A DNA stretch of 64,000 nt, taken from contig DAHVCP010000008.1 in assembly GCA_027314025.1 (NCBI GenBank), positions 40,992-104,991 on the forward strand, given 5' to 3'. How positions within the stretch are numbered: position 1 is the stretch's first letter; each line of letters begins with the position of its first letter. The notes under the pieces are model-generated. The model searched no databases and was not told where the DNA came from. It worked only from the letters and a program-made list of their open reading frames with translations. Source of the DNA: Acidobacteriota bacterium. Its GTDB lineage: Bacteria; Acidobacteriota; Terriglobia; Terriglobales; SCQP01. The translations under genes were made by a program, and so were the position numbers. Below, in pieces: positions 61,922-64,000 of the stretch.

Positions 61922-64000
61922 ATGCCTCGAGCCGTACCCCTAGACCGGACCCGCAACATCGGCATCATGGCCCACATTGATGCCGGCAAGACCACGACCA
62001 CGGAGCGGATCCTGTTTTACACCGGGATCACCCACCGCATCGGCGAGGTGCATGAAGGCACCGCGACGATGGACTGGATGGCGCAGGAGCAGGAGCGCGG
62101 CATCACCATCACCAGCGCCGCGACGACCTGCTTCTGGCGCGACGTCCGCATCAACATCATTGACACCCCCGGGCACGTGGACTTCACCGCCGAGGTGGAG
62201 CGTTCGCTGCGCGTGCTGGACGGCGCGGTGGCGGTCTTCGACGGCGTGCACGGCGTCGAGCCGCAGTCGGAGACGGTGTGGCGGCAGGCCGACAAATACG
62301 GCGTGCCGCGCATTTGCTTCATCAACAAGATGGACCGCATGGGCGCGGATTTCGATCATGCCGTCGGCACCATTCGCGCGCGCCTGCACGCGCCGGCGGT
62401 GCCGATCCAGCTGCCGCTAGGGGCGGAGGACGGCTTCCGCGGGGTCATTGACCTGCTGAAGATGAAGGCCATCGTGTACCGCGACGAAACCATGGGCGCC
62501 GACTACCTGGAGCAGGAAATCCCCGCCGAGTTGCAGGCCCAGGCCCGCGCCTATCACGATCAAATGCGGGAAAAGGTCGTCGAAAACGACGACGCGCTGC
62601 TGCACCAGTACATGGAGGGCGAGGAGATCACCGCCGACGCGCTGCGCGCCAGCCTGCGCCGCTCGGTCATCTCCATGCGCCTGTTCCCGGTGCTCTGCGG
62701 CTCCGCCTTCAAGAACAAGGGCGTGCAGCCGCTGCTGGACGCGGTGCTGGATTACCTGCCCAGCCCGGTGGACATCCCACCGGTGAAGGGCGTGGACGAG
62801 AAGGGCCAGGAGGTGGAGCGGCCGGCCAGCGACGACGCGCCGTTTTCGGCCCTGGTGTTCAAGATCATGACCGATCCGTTCGTCGGCCAGCTGGCTTTCG
62901 TGCGGGTCTATTCCGGGCACGTGGAGTCGGGCCAGAACGTTTGGAACTCCACCAAGGAGCGGCGCGAGCGCATCGGCCGCCTGCTGAAGATGCACGCCAA
63001 CAAGCGCGAGGAGATCCAAGCGGTCTACGCCGGCGACATCGCCGCCTGCGTCGGCCTGAAGAACGTCACCACCGGCGACACCATCTGCGACGAAAAGCAC
63101 GCGGTGGTGCTGGAGTCCATCGAATTCCCGACGCCGGTGATCGCCGTGGCGGTCGAGCCCAAGACCAAGAGCGACCAGGAAAAGATGTCGGTGGCGCTGA
63201 ACAAGCTGGCGCAGGAGGACCCCACCTTCCGCGTCCACAGCGATCCGGAAACCGCCCAGACCATCATCAGCGGCATGGGTGAGCTCCACTTGGAGATCAT
63301 CGTGGACCGCATGATGCGGGAATTCGGCGTGCAGGCCAACGTCGGCAAGCCGCAGGTGGCCTACCGCGAGACCATCCGCCGCAAGGCCGAAGCCGAAGGC
63401 AAATACATCCGCCAGACCGGCGGCCGCGGGCAGTACGGGCACGTCAAGATCGCCATCGAGCCCGGCGAGCCGGGCACGGGCTACGTCTTCGAGAACGAGA
63501 TCGTCGGCGGCTCCGTCCCCAAGGACTACATTCCCGCCATCGAAAAGGGCATCGGCGAGGCCATGGAAGGCGGCGTGCTGGCCGGCTATCCCATGAAGGA
63601 CATCAAAGTCACCCTCTTCGACGGCAGCTATCATGAGGTGGACTCCAGCGAGATGGCGTTCAAGATCGCCGGCTCGATGGCCTTCAAGGAAGCCGCCAAG
63701 CGGGCGCAGCCGGCGCTTCTGGAGCCGGTGATGAAGGTCGAGGTGGTGGTGCCCGAGGAATACATGGGCGACATCATCGGCGACCTCAACAGCCGCCGCG
63801 GCCGCATCGAGGGCATGGAGCCGCGCGGCGGCAGCCAGGTCATCAACTCCATGGTTCCGCTCAGCGACATGTTCGGCTACGCCACCGAGATGCGCTCCCG
63901 CACCCAGGGGCGCGCCAGCTTCAGCATGCATTTCGCGCACTACGAGGAGGCCCCGCGGTCGGTGGCCGAAGAGGTGATGGCGCGAGTTCAAGGCAAGGCG
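61922..64000 (+). CDS. fusA: Translation elongation factor G (3' end truncated by the window edge)
   Basis: My own translation from the ATG at 61922: [35 protein letters not shown]...[19 protein letters not shown], with the frame open to 64000. Not listed in the track because there is no stop in the window. Confidence 0.95.
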   Translation, partial: MPRAVPLDRTRNIGIMAHIDAGKTTTTERILFYTGITHRIGEVHEGTATMDWMAQEQERGITITSAATTCFWRDVRINIIDTPGHVDFTAEVERSLRVLDGAVAVFDGVHGVEPQSETVWRQADKYGVPRICFINKMDRMGADFDHAVGTIRARLHAPAVPIQLPLGAEDGFRGVIDLLKMKAIVYRDETMGADYLEQEIPAELQAQARAYHDQMREKVVENDDALLHQYMEGEEITADALRASLRRSVISMRLFPVLCGSAFKNKGVQPLLDAVLDYLPSPVDIPPVKGVDEKGQEVERPASDDAPFSALVFKIMTDPFVGQLAFVRVYSGHVESGQNVWNSTKERRERIGRLLKMHANKREEIQAVYAGDIAACVGLKNVTTGDTICDEKHAVVLESIEFPTPVIAVAVEPKTKSDQEKMSVALNKLAQEDPTFRVHSDPETAQTIISGMGELHLEIIVDRMMREFGVQANVGKPQVAYRETIRRKAEAEGKYIRQTGGRGQYGHVKIAIEPGEPGTGYVFENEIVGGSVPKDYIPAIEKGIGEAMEGGVLAGYPMKDIKVTLFDGSYHEVDSSEMAFKIAGSMAFKEAAKRAQPALLEPVMKVEVVVPEEYMGDIIGDLNSRRGRIEGMEPRGGSQVINSMVPLSDMFGYATEMRSRTQGRASFSMHFAHYEEAPRSVAEEVMARVQGKA

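Noticed and set aside
62417-63991. 524-aa minus-strand ORF
   Set aside because: It is antisense to fusA (EF-G), whose frame is open from 61922 to the window end with canonical GTPase motifs.

Overview
High-GC (roughly 70% by eye) bacterial chromosomal segment. The gene content (secreted CarboxypepD_reg/TPR proteins, many ECF sigma factors) suggests an Acidobacteriota-like soil organism, but I cannot verify this without a search. I support about 60 CDS, one tRNA (Glu-CUC), no rRNA and no CRISPR array. Many long ORFs in the six-frame track are antisense shadow ORFs typical of high-GC DNA and are rejected.

Layout:
- 1-5271: right-hand end of an integrated mobile element. It carries a primase/helicase-like gene, a small Cys-motif protein, a serine recombinase, an excisionase-type HTH and a tyrosine integrase. 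It ends at a 45-nt tRNA-Cys 3' portion that looks like attR.
- 5.3-20 kb: housekeeping genes (TSUP permease, uppS, UDG, ferredoxin, fabI, deacetylase, MarR-GNAT, aconitase-family gene coupled to an ICMT-like methyltransferase, ddl, asnB-like).
- 20.6-27 kb: atpF'-F-H-A-G-D-C without atpB/atpE.
- 27-44.9 kb: TPR protein, APC permease, cupin/AKR/AraC, IHF/HU, PRTase, pepA, aldehyde dehydrogenase, HtrA, EamA, M20, Nudix and M28 peptidases.
- 45-51 kb: a LysW-like acidic-tail protein, glycosyltransferase genes, DUF2059-like, TspO-like and TPR proteins.
- 51-58.8 kb: pheA, lon, ygfZ, a sigma-like gene and a hybrid histidine kinase.
- 58.8-60.3 kb: ECF sigma, ZAS anti-sigma and a Cys-rich secreted peptide.
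- 60.4-64 kb: tRNA-Glu and rpsL-rpsG-fusA.

Items most worth follow-up:
1. The two-recombinase island end with its tRNA-Cys attR.
2. A dispersed composite repeat of about 195 bp present at two loci (34.3 kb and 38.9 kb), plus other shared GC-rich intergenic modules.
3. A LysW-type zinc-ribbon protein with a 36-residue poly-acidic tail, translationally coupled to a secreted CarboxypepD_reg protein.
4. An ECF sigma / ZAS anti-sigma / 49-aa Cys-rich exported peptide operon.
5. A low-complexity insertion of about 85 aa inside UppS.

No single feature can be shown from sequence alone to be a new system. All family calls rest on motif recognition by eye, not on database searches.
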